A stretch of 64,000 nt of DNA from Ostrea edulis (GCF_947568905.1 NC_079170.1:14322001-14386000), one strand, 5' to 3'; positions 23,454-36,580 are shown, counted from the first letter of the stretch. Translations and numbers: made by a program. The notes: generated by a model from the sequence alone, not told the origin.

Positions 23454-23947
23454 AGAACGACTCTTTGTTGACGATTTAGGGGCATGCATCTAAAGCTAAA
23501 AACACGGACGCATTTTTGTTAGGTTTTTAAATATATTTGCTATATAAAATACACCATCTGACTTGACGCGGTGTGCTGTACCCAAGAAAATGATTTCTTA
23601 TTCATGCAACATTTGTATCTTTTAGTATCACGCTCTATTCAAAATATTTTGTAAATACTCAAAGCACAATTTCATAACTACCAATATACTTTTCACCGAC
23701 GTCACAACAAATTTGTTAAAGACGTAAGCGATGGAAATTAACACAATTTTACAGGTAAGAGGAATGCCATTAATGTATTATGTTATAGATTTTCAATTCA
23801 AAATTAGATTAGTTCGGCGAGAATATTCCTTGTAAAACTGTTTATTAACTTCTTGTGTTATTAAACCTTTTGACACCATAAGTAGGGTGAATAAGAACTT
23901 CTTAGAACCGCATCGTATTACAAAAATTAGACAGCGTTTTATCGCAT

Positions 23948-24050
23948 TCACCAATAGCAACAATATAAGAGCTTGTAGTTCCTTAAGCGGTCTGTATGGA
24001 TGACTTCCAGATACCCAATCTACATTGTGGTCATCCTTATGATCTGTTTG
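23948..24050 (-). pseudogene. Remnant of an ApeC terminal exon
   Basis: Translates TDHKDDHNVDWVSGSHPYRPL-RNYKLLYCCYW*, matching TDDEDDNNSNSVSGNHPYGPVNGERNYKLFYCYYW at 35747-35860. Confidence 0.75.
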
Positions 24051-24084
24051 TCCTTCTCAGCAGTTATTTTTTTTCCGTGAGAAG

Positions 24085-24375
24085 CAAATATAGAGGCTTG
24101 GTAGAACATTTACTGATCTTACAATGTATCTTCGTAGAAGTCGTTGTGTAGTTTTAGTGACCAGTATAGGCGCGGTAACTCATATCCATTCATTTTATTG
24201 ACTGGGATATCAAGTGTGTAAGGCGAAGATAACGAACAGTGATCAATCTCATAACTCCTACAAGCAATACAAAATAGATAAATGGGCAAAAACGGATCTC
24301 TGGACACACCAGAGGTGGGATCAGGTGCCTAGGAGGAGTAAGCATCTCCTGTCGAACTGTCACACCCGGTCACAC
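24085..24375 (-). mobile_element. Penelope-like fragments (RT N-terminal piece joined to 3' UTR)
   Basis: ELPRLYWSLKLH... resembles the LYWIPKLHK motif; the family 3' UTR lies at 24215-24375. Confidence 0.7.
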
Positions 24376-27300
24376 ATGTGTAAAACCGAAACATGGTTTT
24401 GAAGAAGTTCGTCTTTGAAGGGGGGGACTTGGAATAAGAAAAGGTGATCGATGTCATACCCCCTATAAGTGAAAGAAATTCCTATACTATCATATACTGT
24501 AGTACCATTCTGAAATGCTTTTGGTAGAAGTTTCTCAATGGCAGGTCCAAAATAAAACAGGAATAACGATATGTCTTTTTCTCAACTATAGACTTTAAGA
24601 ATGAATTCATTTCGCCACTAAAATACATTTACCCCTAAATAAACGACAATGATATGCACATATTTCTTCAATAACAATTGGTATATTTTAGCAAAATTCT
24701 GAATAGCTTCTCTTTATGATAGTCATTGGGTACTGTAATTAATCATTGTGAAAAATCTACAAACGGACTTGTTGTCAATGAAGAAGGAAATATAACGAAC
24801 CATGATCAATTTTATAATTCCTATAAAAGGTATATGATTAAGAGTAGAAAAACACAGCCCTTGGACATTCAGAGATTGTCACGTGCATAGGATAATAACT
24901 TATGATAACTTCATTGTCTAATTTTAAAGTGGACCTCAAAACGCATCTCTTTAGATTAGCTTTTGATTTGTGATTATTTTTATATACTTAGTGCTCTTAC
25001 ATACAGCTCTTACAGTGCTGTTAACAAAAAAACAACAACAACAAAAACCTGCTGTTTGTTATTATACCTATGTCCTTATTATGTATTTAATTATTCCTAA
25101 GGGTTGTTTTAAATTGTTTCATATGTTATTAGGGTAATTATATCATATCGCTATATATTAATAATAATATTTATGTATTTTAATTCTGACACTATGAATA
25201 TTTTATTCACATGTATGTGCACATCGATTTTATATTATCTTTTCCTTCACATTTGTAAAGCGCTTTAGAGAACTAATGTTGATAGGGCGCTATATAAATC
25301 TTTTAATTACAATTACAATTACAATAATTAAACATTACCTGTCGACAGGACCCATCCGCCATGAGTCCGATCTTCATCAGGTAAACGAAGTCATCTGCTG
25401 TCTAATTCAGTATGTGACGAACAGCTTATCAAAACGTGTCAGACAGCATTTGACTTAATGGCAGGTTGTGTTTGTACGTTAGATCGTTATAAAAACCCTA
25501 ATGTGTCTTGTTGAAATTCCGATCCTCACATACACAAGTAGCAAACATTGATACTTTTATAGGTTTCCTCATATTCTAACCAATGAACTAATTAGCATTC
25601 ACGTGACGAATATTGAAAACGTTGGGCCTCGTTTAGTAGAGCTGGTACATGTATCTAGCTATGCTCTCAATAGTTTTTTTTCCCCACTGTATACGTAACG
25701 TGTTGTCGACGCACAACAATATTCTCAGAAATATATATATCTGAATTACATATATGTTTAAATGCATTCAAACAACACCTGTAATTTTTACATGCTTTAG
25801 ATTCCTTGTATGGCGTTTGGTTATTCATCGTCAATCTTAGAAAGCATACAGTCTTGTATGTTCCATTCTGAATGTCACATGTCTATACAGAATAGTGATG
25901 ATTAAATGATTGTCGGATTTTGCAATTATAATGATATCGAAGTGATTCGGAATGCAGATTGTTTAATTCAAACAGAAAGATCCATTTACCTATGTACAAT
26001 AGACAGATCTAGACAAAAATGGATAAAGTTGCGATGGCTCAGTGGTTGGAGTGTTCGCTTTGCGACCGGAAGATCAATTCTGGGTTGTCCACCCGTTAGT
26101 ACTTTAACCTCACCAAACCTTAGATATAAATGTAATGCCATTTTGCACTTTTTCTGTTCATTAGTGTTAATATGATGTCTAATTACGACAAGGTGACTGT
26201 ACATATATTCGATACGGGCTCTGCGTTTAAAAAAGCAATTTCACATCTGTTGCTTAAGACTTAGTTTGTCAAAATATTTTAAAATACCGCTAAGATTACA
26301 ATTTTGTGTTCTTTCGATGAGCCAGAATACAACACATTGAAGCCTAAATGTGATGAATACGACTGTAGAACTGCTTAAGGTTGATCGATCCTCATGTGAT
26401 GTCATAGGTTTTTGCAAAAATCTTAATAAATTAAGTTTTGCGCATAATAGAAATATATCTTCCTGAGGAATTTTATTCACTAGATATAATAAAACATCTG
26501 GTAAACTATAAATAATGAAAAAGTTTATATTTCCCATTGATAATCAATTAATTATGATTAAAAATATGTTGTCAAGGGCAATAACTCCTCTGCTGGAATT
26601 TCCTCTACTAGATGTCTATTATACATTTGTTTACCTAATATCCACAACCAATCTATACATATTTATGAATTTGTCGTTTTTTTAAACTGTTGATATTTAA
26701 ATTTTGTCATTTCAATAAGTTTTTATCTATTTTTATTATTCTGTTATACCGAAAATGTGTGATTTTCTTATGTTGATGTGTACATCTGTTTTTGTATGTC
26801 TGACATCTTTAAAAAGGTGGCAACATATATATTTTCTTTGGTTATTAATTAAATTAAACTATATGGAGTGGAAATTAATAAAGTTTTTCCACTTTTAACC
26901 ATTGATATTGATAAGTCACATGAGCATGGAGCTACCTTAAAAGCATCAGGTGCAATATTTCAAGTTCAAGACGGAGCCTTTTACTGAAAAGAGATACGTA
27001 TCATGTTGATGTTGTAAAGCTTCGGGACTAGTGCTTTCACTTTCATGTAATATCAATGATAATTTTATGCATCTGAGGTAAATATCACCAAAGCAAAACA
27101 TGCACTATGCCAAAAATTCGCGTGTAAACATGACACACACATGTATGTAGACCACAAAGTTTAATTCTACTTGCATTTGAAATCCACTAAATTTGATTAT
27201 GGAATTGCTGTCTTTCATGATCTAAATTAATGTTATAGCAGCATTTAATCTGTGTTCTTCTCAACAATGTCAATTGTTTTCTACATCATATTCTTATGCT

Positions 27301-28359
27301 TTAAAATTGGATGTAACACTTATTGTGTGTGAAAAGGGGACTATAACGAACTGTAATCAATCTCATAATTCCTCTGAAGAGTTCCAAATTAAATGTAAGG
27401 CATACACAAATACCTCGACACACAAAACTTTGAATCATGTGAACCGGAGAAGTAAACATCTCCTGTTAACCGGTCCAACCCTCCGTGAGCCCAATATCTC
27501 GATCTGGCAAACAGAGGTATCAGCATATTACGGCTCAACAATGGGTATGAAACACGTCAGGCAGCAATCGACGCAACATCAGCTTGCATCCACAAATCAA
27601 ACCGCCATAACGATCACATAATGCGCGAAATACAGATCCCAAATGATCCGCTATCAGCCCGCCTCGATCTAAAAAGCCGCCCACATACAGAAAACATTTT
27701 AGCGCAGCGAACTAGCTGAATTATCGACTGGAGATATTTGTACAATACGATTTGTTTCCGGAGGTTTTCGTTGCTTCTTGAAAACTTGGTAAAAGGTAAA
27801 AACGCAACACTTCTAGTATAGCGGTCCCCAAAATATTTCCTTAAAATAAGTGTCGCCAGATCGGTAAAATCGTTAAATTTATTGTTGATGTTCATATAAG
27901 GAAACTGAATTTCATCTGGAATTGAAAAAAGACATTGATTCTTTCTATTTTCAAAAAAAGATTTTAGTCAGTTCGACATTGGCAGAAACACTTTAAAAAA
28001 CGATTTAATCGATATTTCAGTCCACAGACACTTCCGAATTTGGGACTGCCGCCAACATCCTCGTTTATTTCGTTTTAAAATCTATGTCATAGACTCACAT
28101 AATCAGCTTTCTTGTATTCAACCTTGCATCGTAGAAGCTGCCAAATCAAAAACATAATAAGGTTGAATTGTGTTCAAATTGCATAACTTTTACAGGTGTC
28201 GAATCCTTTAGTGCGAAAGTACTTTAACACTCAACGCAGGTTATTGATAAATTAAATAACTTTATGCTACTGGAGTTTCAACACTATCATTTAAAGTCAG
28301 TTTGTCGCAAATTTTACGGTTATTATAATTCATGATCTGATATACATATTGAACCCATC

Positions 28360-29300
28360 ATCAGGCTGAATGCTGTCTGTCGTGTTTCGTATCGATTGTT
28401 AGACAGTTCTTTACATTCCATTTTGACTATGGATTATTGTTATTATCTGATCAAGATATAGGGCTTCCAATGAGTATAACCTATCTAATGCTTACTCATC
28501 TCAACTCAGGTGTTTATAAGGTCCCGTGTTTGCCAAATCTATATTTTGCCTATAAAAAATACAAAATGGAACGTTTGGCAAACACAGACCTCTGGAAATA
28601 TCAGAGGTACCTTTGAGGAGTAAAAATCCCCTGTAGACTGGTCACAGCCGCCGTGAGCCCTATCTCGTAATTGGGTAAACATAGTAATTCGTAGTAAAAT
28701 TCAGTGTGCAAAGAACGACCTAACAATTTATATGAAACATGTAAGACAATATTTGACTCAATGATAGTTTGAATTGACAAACTAGATCGTTATAACAACT
28801 ATAGAATTTGGGAAAGGCTGACTATAAACAAGACTTGAAACCCTTATGACATCAACTGATTTGTCAGTTGCCTGCCTCGTCGAAGTACGGCAAACATCAT
28901 TTGACCTAATGTGAGGTTGCGGTGGTAAAGTACACCATATATCATTATAAGGGTTATTTAATTGACTTTAAAGAAAACTGTTGAAACCGCTGCAACATCA
29001 GCTGATTTGACAATAACCTGTCTCGATTTACAAATACGCAGAACAACTCTGTGAATTGATTTAGATGAGGTATATAAACACCATTTGCAGGTAATAATGG
29101 AATATTGCTGCATAAATATGGGAAGTCGGCAGTAAAGAAGATTAAGTCATAGCATAGATAAATGGGGTTCTTAAAAATATCTAAGTATGAAGCACATGTG
29201 GAAGACTTTGTGATGTATTTTACTCCGAGTTTACTGGCATTTAACAAATTGAACTATGACTGAAAAAGGATTATTGTTAATAGATATGCGTAAAACTTCA
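28360..29300. mobile_element. Cluster of rearranged Penelope-like fragments
   Basis: 3' UTR pieces in both orientations and FPYLCSNIPLLPANGVYI RT C-terminal piece (28954-29247, -). Confidence 0.75.
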
Positions 29301-30301
29301 TCGATCAAAGGCGAAGATAACGAACAGTGATCAATCTCATAACTCCTATAAGCAATGCAAAATAAAGAGTTGGGCAAACACGGACCCTTGAATATACCAG
29401 AGGTGGGATCAGATACCTAGGAGGAGTAAGCATACCCTGTCAACCGGTCAAACCCATCGTGAGCCCTATATCTTGATCAGGTAAACGGACTTACCCGTAG
29501 TCAAAATCAGTGTGCAAAGAGCGGCCTAACAATCGGTATGAAACACATCAAACAACATTTGGCCCAATGATAGGTTGTATTGGCATACTAGATCGTTATA
29601 ACGACCATAGAATTTGCGAAATGCTGATTCTAAACGCGACTGTTGGAACCCCTGCAACATCAACTTGTTTGTCAGTGGCCTGCTTCGATTTAAAAACTTA
29701 CCATAAGCAGAACAAGCTCTTGCGTATTGAATCAATTGAGAGATATAAACACCATATGCAGGTTATAATGGAATATTGCTACATAAATATGAGAAGTTAA
29801 TGATGGAGAAGTTGAAATCATCCCGTTTGTCATAAAGTTGAGTTGTTAGTTTGCCGTTAATATCTACTTTCAATAAAATATCTAAGTATGAAGTAGAAGT
29901 GAACAACTCTGTGGTGTCTTTTATTTCGAGTTTACTGGGATATATTGAATCAACATATGAATGAAAATTATCATTGTTAATAGATATTACATCATCGATA
30001 GATTTAAATGTCAAATTGAAGGCTACAGCAAGAGATTTTTTCTTCTCACGTAGAAGTTTTTGAATAAATTCTGCTTCATAGGAATATTGGAATATTGTCA
30101 GCTAACAACGGAGCACAATTCGTGCCCATGAGGATTCCAATAGACTGTATATATCTAAATTTCGAATTATTAAAAATATATTCTCATAGAGAAACTTCTC
30201 AAAAAATAAAAACAGGTCAGATAATAATAAAACACAATTCATGCCCATTGGAACGCCAACAGACTGTTGGAATACGTGATCAACAAAGACTATGAATATA
30301 T

Positions 30302-30793
30302 TGTAACGTGCGCCGAATACACAAATCTATTTATAGCGAGTTCAATTGACACACTTACAATAACACCAGTGAAAACGATTTGAAACTTTTATAAATTTTA
30401 ATTCTACATAATTAGTCACAAATATATAAACATACAATGATACAGAAGTACACAACACAGATCTAAAGTTCTACTCAACTTATTTATAATGATCAGTGAA
30501 TCAGTTCAGGAATCCTCGCACACACGTTAAACATACGGATTGTAGATCAGATGCGCGATCCTAGCTAGATGATCGGGTCAGGCACTTCTACGGACCAGCG
30601 GATTACGAAGTGCTTCCATTTTAGCGAGACTTCTGCCATCTTCTCCAGACACAACACTACTGCTGCAGACGATCACGCGCTCTACCCGTCACGTCATCCG
30701 ATCACACAAGAAGCTTTCCAAGTGACGTCACAGATACACAAAACCAAAACAGCTGATGTAACAGCTTAAATACATAACCAGATTATCGTAACA
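30302..30793 (-). repeat. 3' LTR (492 bp); PPT AAGGGGGGAGG at 30794-30804
   Basis: Direct repeat of 34164-34666 with the polypurine tract abutting it. Confidence 0.95.
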
Positions 30794-30907
30794 CCTCCCC
30801 CCTTAAAGAAAAGTTTGAGTGTATATGAAAACTTTTACACAATAACAAATGCACATGCCATTAATTCACATAAAATTCAACAAAACCACATCAAAAATCA
30901 TAACATA

Positions 30908-32833
30908 TCACTCTACAGGTACTCTCAACAATGCATCTGAAATGATATTTTCTCTACCTTTGATATGCCTAATGACAATGTTATGTTCTTGCAACTCTAA
31001 ACTCCACCTCATTAATCTCTGATTCTTGTTTCTAATTTTGTGTACAAAGGTAAGAGGATTATGGTCAGCAAATACAACAACTGGATGTACAGATGAATAT
31101 AAATAGACATCAAAATGTTACAGTGCCAATAACATAGACAAACACTCTTTTTCTATGGTAGAGTAGTTTCTTTGACATTTTGAGAACGTTTTAGAAAGAA
31201 TAAGCAACAGGATGGCAAACAAAATTTTCATCTTCCTGTAATAACACAGCACCACATCCTACATCACTAGCATCAATTTGCATCACAAATTCTTTATCAA
31301 AATTGGGAGATGAAAGAACTGGAGAGACCATGAGAATGTCTTTTATTTGTTCAAAGGCCTGTTGGCGTGTTTCATTGCATTTAAACTTACTATTCTTTTT
31401 TAAAAGACATGTCAATGGCTTTGCAATGGTTAAGAAGTTTGAACAGAACTTCCTATAGTATCCAACCATTCCCAGGAATCTCATGAGTTCTCTCTTACAT
31501 TGTGGTAGAGGGAAATTTGTAATCGCATCAACATTAGCAAGGACATGCTTCGCATGGCCATTACCAACAATATGGCCCAAATACTCGAAAACTGCATGAC
31601 AAAATTCACTTTTAACAAGACTAACAGTCAAGTTTGCATCTGATAATTTTACAAACAAGCCCCTAATATGTGACAAATGTTCTTCAAAAGTATTGCTATG
31701 CACTATCACATCATCAATATAAGCTTCACAATGATCTAAGTTACACAACAAAAAATGGCTTCAAAGGAGCGCGAGGGATTTTTTTTATTGAGTTTCTCTA
31801 CGACTTGGCACACATGGCAAGACTTACAGTAGTCCACTATATCCCTTCTCATCTTTGGTCAGAAGAAGTGAGCCAAGACTTTATGGTAGGTTTTCTTGAC
31901 ACCCAAGTGACCCGACATTGGTGTGTCATGGGCGAGACCTATGACTATTTTACGGTATGCCCTAGGTACTACAATCTGATGGTGAATCTGCCACTTATCT
32001 TCTACTAAAGCATCTGAGGGACGCCATTTTCTCATGAAAACACCCTGATTTTTATAATAACAAACAGGGACCTTATATGTCTCCTCTGGAGACAAAACCT
32101 GTTCATTAAGACCTTGCAATTCAGCATCCGTCTCCTGTTCGGATATCAACTTATCTCTAGTAAAAGGAGTTTTGTCTAACATTTCCTGTAAACCAAACAC
32201 GTCGTTTTCAGACTGAGACTGTTGGTTCTCAGAAGATTAACTTTCTGCTTTTAACAGATCTTACAAAAATGTCTCATTGAGACCTAAAAAAGAGTCATCT
32301 CCTATATCTAACTTCTGACTTACCGTCTGTTCGGCATGCCCAAGATTCTCAGCCATAGCCCTTGTCAATGCACAAGAAGGAAACAATTCTTTATTCTCTT
32401 CATCCAAAATAAGACTAGGCTTTTCACAAATAATCGGGTCAGGTACAACCTTACCTCCCGCTAAATCATTTCCTAACAAACGAGAAACCCCCTTAACTGG
32501 TAAAGTAGGTCTGACCCCTACCACTACATACCCAGAGACTAAATCTGACTTCAAGTGTATTTCATGAAGATGAACTTTAACAATTCCTAACTCTACACCC
32601 TGAATCAACACATCAGAACCAGTGTGTGTCTTCTCAGACAGTGGCAGCACGCCCTCTAATAACAAAGATTGAGAAGCACCTGTATCCCTCAATACTCTAA
32701 TAGGGTGAAAGTCAATACCATTTACAGACACTAAACCTTTAAATACAAAAGGTCTAAATTCCTCTCTAAGTACATCATGCTCTGGCTTTGGCTTAGCATC
32801 CTCAAACCTACTACAGGCAAATTTACCTGTCAC
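30908..32833 (-). pseudogene. pol: pol remnants: protease (32261-32833), integrase Zn-binding N-terminus (about 31760-32200), RT C-terminal half (31191-31751), RNase H (30908-31200)
   Basis: LRDTGASQS; AHDTPMSGHLG...CKSCHVCQ; AYIDDVIV...YLGHIVG; IDASDVGCGAVL; YSTIEKEC...DHNPL...IKGRENIISDAL. Contains stops and frameshifts. Confidence 0.9.
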
Positions 32834-32879
32834 AGATGTAAGGGCACTAGGACTTGGCTGGGTATCAGTATTAACAGGC

Positions 32880-34122
32880 CTTTTCTTCTGTAATGCCCAA
32901 CATTCTGACTTAATGTGACCCTTCTTTTTACATTAGTTACAAGTTGGAATGTGCTTGAATGTTTCAGTATTCTTGAAATCATTACCTTTCATCTCCGAGT
33001 AGCCTAACTTAAACGAGTTCCTTGTGTAGTCTCTGGCCCTCCTCGAGAACCATCAGAGTTGGTAATTTCCTGTTGATTTTTGGGTTTTACAAAAGACACC
33101 CTATGAGTAAGTGCATAGTCATTTGCTGCAGTCGCAGCTTGTTCTAGATTTTCAACTTTCTGTTCATCTAAGTATGTTCTAATTTCAGGATGAAGGCAGT
33201 TTTCGAATTCTTCAACCAAAATAATTTGTTTCAACCTTTCAATGTCTGAACCAACATTTTTAGAAGTGCACCATCTATCAAACATATTTTGCTTTTCCCT
33301 TGCAAATTCAACATGAGTTTGTTCATTTAGTTTCTTGAAATTCCTAAATTTCTGTCTATAGGCTTCAGGTACAAGTTCATATGCCTTTAAGTCATTTTTC
33401 TTAATCACATCATAATTTGTACTTTGATAAAGTGACAATGCTCCATAGACTTCTCTAGCTTTGCCAACAAATGCACTCTGTAATAATAGTGGCCAGAATT
33501 CTTTTGGCCAGTTTAAATTCTCTGCAATTTTCTCAAAATGTATGAAATACTTATCCACATCTTTCTCTTGAAATTTAGGAACAAGTCTTATGTTCTTTGT
33601 CACATCAAAGTCAGATTTTGATCTAGCTCTAACTTCACCCTCTACATCATATTTCAACTTTTGAGTCTCAAATTCCAATTGTTTAAGTTGTAACTCTTGT
33701 TCTCCATCATGTGCATTTTTCTCTCTTTCAAATTCACGTCTTTCTCTCTCCTGTTCAATTTCTAGTTTCTTTAATTCTAATTCATACTGAAAATTTCTTT
33801 TTTCTATTTCAACATGTTGAAAATCTACAACCAATGATATTGCTCTTTCATCCAAAATTTCCTGTTGAACCAAATATTGTACAGCAGCATTTCTGATTTC
33901 TATTTTCCGTGCACTACGTTTCACATCTAACCCAAACTTTGTCACAAACTCAAACAGTTCATCTTTTTTCAAGGTTTCAAGTAACCGCGCTTGTGGCGTT
34001 TCCAGAAAAGTATCCAAGTTAAAAACCATCTTAACTGGTGTGTTCAGAATTAAATCAACTTCCCAATTATATAATTTCTTGTGATCAAAATATACGAGAT
34101 ATCGCTTTTGAAAAATACCCAC
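32880..34122 (-). pseudogene. gag: gag with SCAN-like region and broken CCHC knuckle
   Basis: ORF 33004-34122 (PKFQEKDVDKYFIHFEKIA, PEAYRQKFRN, LVEEFENCL...ANDYALTH). After a frameshift, C-N-*-CKKKGHIKSEC near 32900-32945. Confidence 0.88.
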
Positions 34123-34142
34123 AAAGTGCTAAAAGTTCGATT

Positions 34143-34160
34143 ATCCCGGACGAGCCCCCA
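34143..34160 (-). other. Primer-binding site complementary to tRNA-Pro 3' end
   Basis: The + strand reads atcccggacgagccccca (tRNA-Pro 3' end with CCA), 3 nt from the 5' LTR. Confidence 0.9.
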
Positions 34161-34163
34161 ATT

Positions 34164-34666
34164 TGTAACATGCGCCGAATACACAAATATATTTATAGCG
34201 AGTTCAATTGACACACTTACAATAACACCAGTGAAAACGATTTGAAACTTTTATAAATTTTAATTCTACATAATTAATCACAAATATATAAACATACAAT
34301 GATACAGAAGTACACAACACAGATCTAAAGTTCTACTCAACTTATTTATAATGATCATCGTATTCGTGAATCAGTTCAGGAATCCTCGAATATACGTTAA
34401 ACATACGGATTGCAGATCAGATGCGCGATCCTAGCTAGATGATTGGGCCAGGCACTTCCACGGACCAGCGGATTACGAAGTGCTTCCATTTTAGCGAGAC
34501 TACTGCCATCTTCTTCTCCAGACACAACACTACTGCTGCAGACGATCACGCGCTCTAAACGTCACGTCATCCGATCACACACGAAGCTTTCCAAGTGACG
34601 TCACAGATACACAAAAACAAAACAGCTGATGTAACAGCTTAAATACATAACCATATTATCGTAACA
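34164..34666 (-). repeat. 5' LTR (503 bp)
   Basis: Differs from the 3' LTR by about 16 substitutions plus 8-bp and 3-bp indels (manual count). Confidence 0.95.
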
Positions 34667-35746
34667 ATATTGTCATTGAAAACCTACAGCATTTTAAAAT
34701 CAACTTCAGATTGTGTGTGGGCGGAATCAGAGTTGTGTTTAACAAAGTATTTTTTTTTTAATGACTGATCACTAGATAGGAATATTTTCTTTCTCCGTTT
34801 TATTGAAGAAACAACTCTCTCTGGTGTCAAAATATCTAATCTTTAATTCATCGTAGGGAATGATTATATAAAATTATTAAAAACTCATACGTTTGGATGT
34901 TTTTGATTTGATAAAAAAAATTGTGATTTTGAATTTGCTAAAAGTTAGTTGTTTTTTTTTTTGGAATCCACTTCTAGTATATGTTGTGACAAAGTATGTT
35001 CCTCCTACACAGCAGTTACCGTGAGGAGCAGAGATTGGGGCTTGGTAGTACATTTACTGGATCCAGCAGTACTTCGGTTTTTGTGAAGTCTTGAAATCCA
35101 GTATACATGTACATATGTAGTTCATATTCATTCGCAGTTAAGACTGGAATATTAAAACTGGAAAATGATTTTGAAGAATGTTGTCTTTTGAACGGGAAAT
35201 CAAAGTGTAAGTAAGATTACCACGTGTGGAATTAATGCCAAGTTCGTTTGAAATACAGTTGTAATGATGAGCCTTACAAAGAGAATGTTGTTACAAAATT
35301 TGTCAGCTGGAACCAAACCAATTTCCTGATGTATTCTACGTATTTCTTTTATCATGTCTGGTTTACAAAATATAGAAGGATAGATGGTACACACTTTTGT
35401 TTTGAAGTGTATAATACTTGATTTTTATATTTCCCTTTATCTAACAACAAAGTTTGACCCACAACTTTTAAATTATGTTAAAACTGAAATTTCTGATTCT
35501 GATTAGAGATACTGTCACCAAATATGTATGTACTTGGCTTGTGGACTGTAGTTTTCAAATCTGCAGATGAACTACATCATTACTAAGGGGATTTGGAAAG
35601 TATTTCCAGATCATTTTGCAATATAAATATTACCGGATACAGTGTTATATTACAGTGACAAATAGTAACAATATTTTACAGTGATTTTGATGGTATTTCC
35701 AGATCGAATCGCTATTTAACCATCACCGGCATGAGACATTGCTGTA

Positions 35747-35981
35747 TTACAGGGACCAATAGTAGCAATAAAAGAGCTTGTAGTTCCGTTCCCCGTTCAC
35801 CGGTCCGTATGGATGATTTCCAGACACGCTATTGCTGTTGTTGTCGTCCTCATCATCTGTATACACGGTTTCTTCTCTGACCTCCATTCCCTCAACATGT
35901 TGGCAGTGATTGGTATATCTCAAAAGATAAAACGGCTTAGTTCTTGGAAGTCGAATTTCCGTTGAGTAGGAACCGTCATTT
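35747..35981 (-). CDS. ApeC (apextrin C-terminal domain) gene, terminal exon
   Basis: Acceptor atttcag|A, phase 2. (R)NDGSYSTEIRLPRTKPFYLLRYTNHCQHVEGMEVREETVYTDDEDDNNSNSVSGNHPYGPVNGERNYKLFYCYYWSL*; 235 nt. Confidence 0.92.
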
Positions 35982-36462
35982 CTGAAATTCAGCGAAAGTT
36001 GATCTGAACGAAAAGTCTACTAATTTACTAGGCTTTTAACGTCCTCCTAGACACCCGATACTAACTCGCTTGTTCTATTCTCAATTTAGTATTCTTTATA
36101 GGATTGCGGTCACTGTTTGTTATATTCAATTTTCATATATTACAGGAAGGAACACAGTCATCGATGTTTTGGCGTATGGCGCAGTACTACCTTCGTGTGT
36201 TCTTGATGAGGGTTAAACGTAAGGACACGTAAAGAACATTCCCTATATTACTGAACTTTAATAATTTATCACTGTTCGTTATCATCGACTTTCATCTCTA
36301 AACCTATGGATAGGAGATAAATATTTCAGAAGTTTTTAACAGTAGAAAAATTCCACTTATATTTCAACCTTTGTTTTGTCGGTATTTATAAGTTCAATTC
36401 ATAAATAAAATCATGATTATGATAATATTTCATTTTATTTTTCCATAAATTTTAAGATGTAC

Positions 36463-36580
36463 CTGCAACAGTAGTCAATTCTTGTATTCGAATTAAAATT
36501 TCCACTTGGTAATTCTCCCCCTGCAGTGTTTTCATTTCCAGAGTTTTCGTCATCCCAATGAATGCTTCCACTTTGGAAAG
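36463..36580 (-). CDS. ApeC gene, internal exon 3
   Basis: ctttaag|CT...TGCAG|gtacat; (A)FQSGSIHWDDENSGNENTAGGELPSGNFNSNTRIDYCC(R); 118 nt, phase 1 to 2. Confidence 0.9.

Larger units (their letters stand above)
30302..34666 (-). mobile_element. Gmr1-like Ty3/Gypsy LTR retrotransposon, internally deleted
   Basis: Two LTRs (TG...CA on the minus strand), ATAT TSD at 30298-30301 and 34667-34670, PBS, PPT; domain order gag-PR-IN-RT-RH. Confidence 0.95.
29305..35450 (-). mobile_element. Penelope-like (Naiad-type) retroelement, degenerate, split by the Gypsy insertion (pieces 29305-30301 and 34667-35450)
   Basis: In order: LVPADKFCNN, YWISRLHK, KYSYLVISH...YFVKH, DNI|FIVFVDHVFQQSVGVPMG, SIDDVISINN, QLYDKRDDFNFSIINF, YARACS...FYGRYNDLV...FHTDC*, then the 3' UTR. 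Confidence 0.88.

Noticed and set aside
29305-29525. SECIS element or selenocysteine codons in the Naiad-type copies
   Set aside because: No convincing SECIS fold by eye, and in-frame stops in these decayed copies cannot be told apart from mutation.
34143-34160. tRNA-Pro gene
   Set aside because: Only the 3'-terminal 18 nt including CCA, next to an LTR. This is a primer-binding site.
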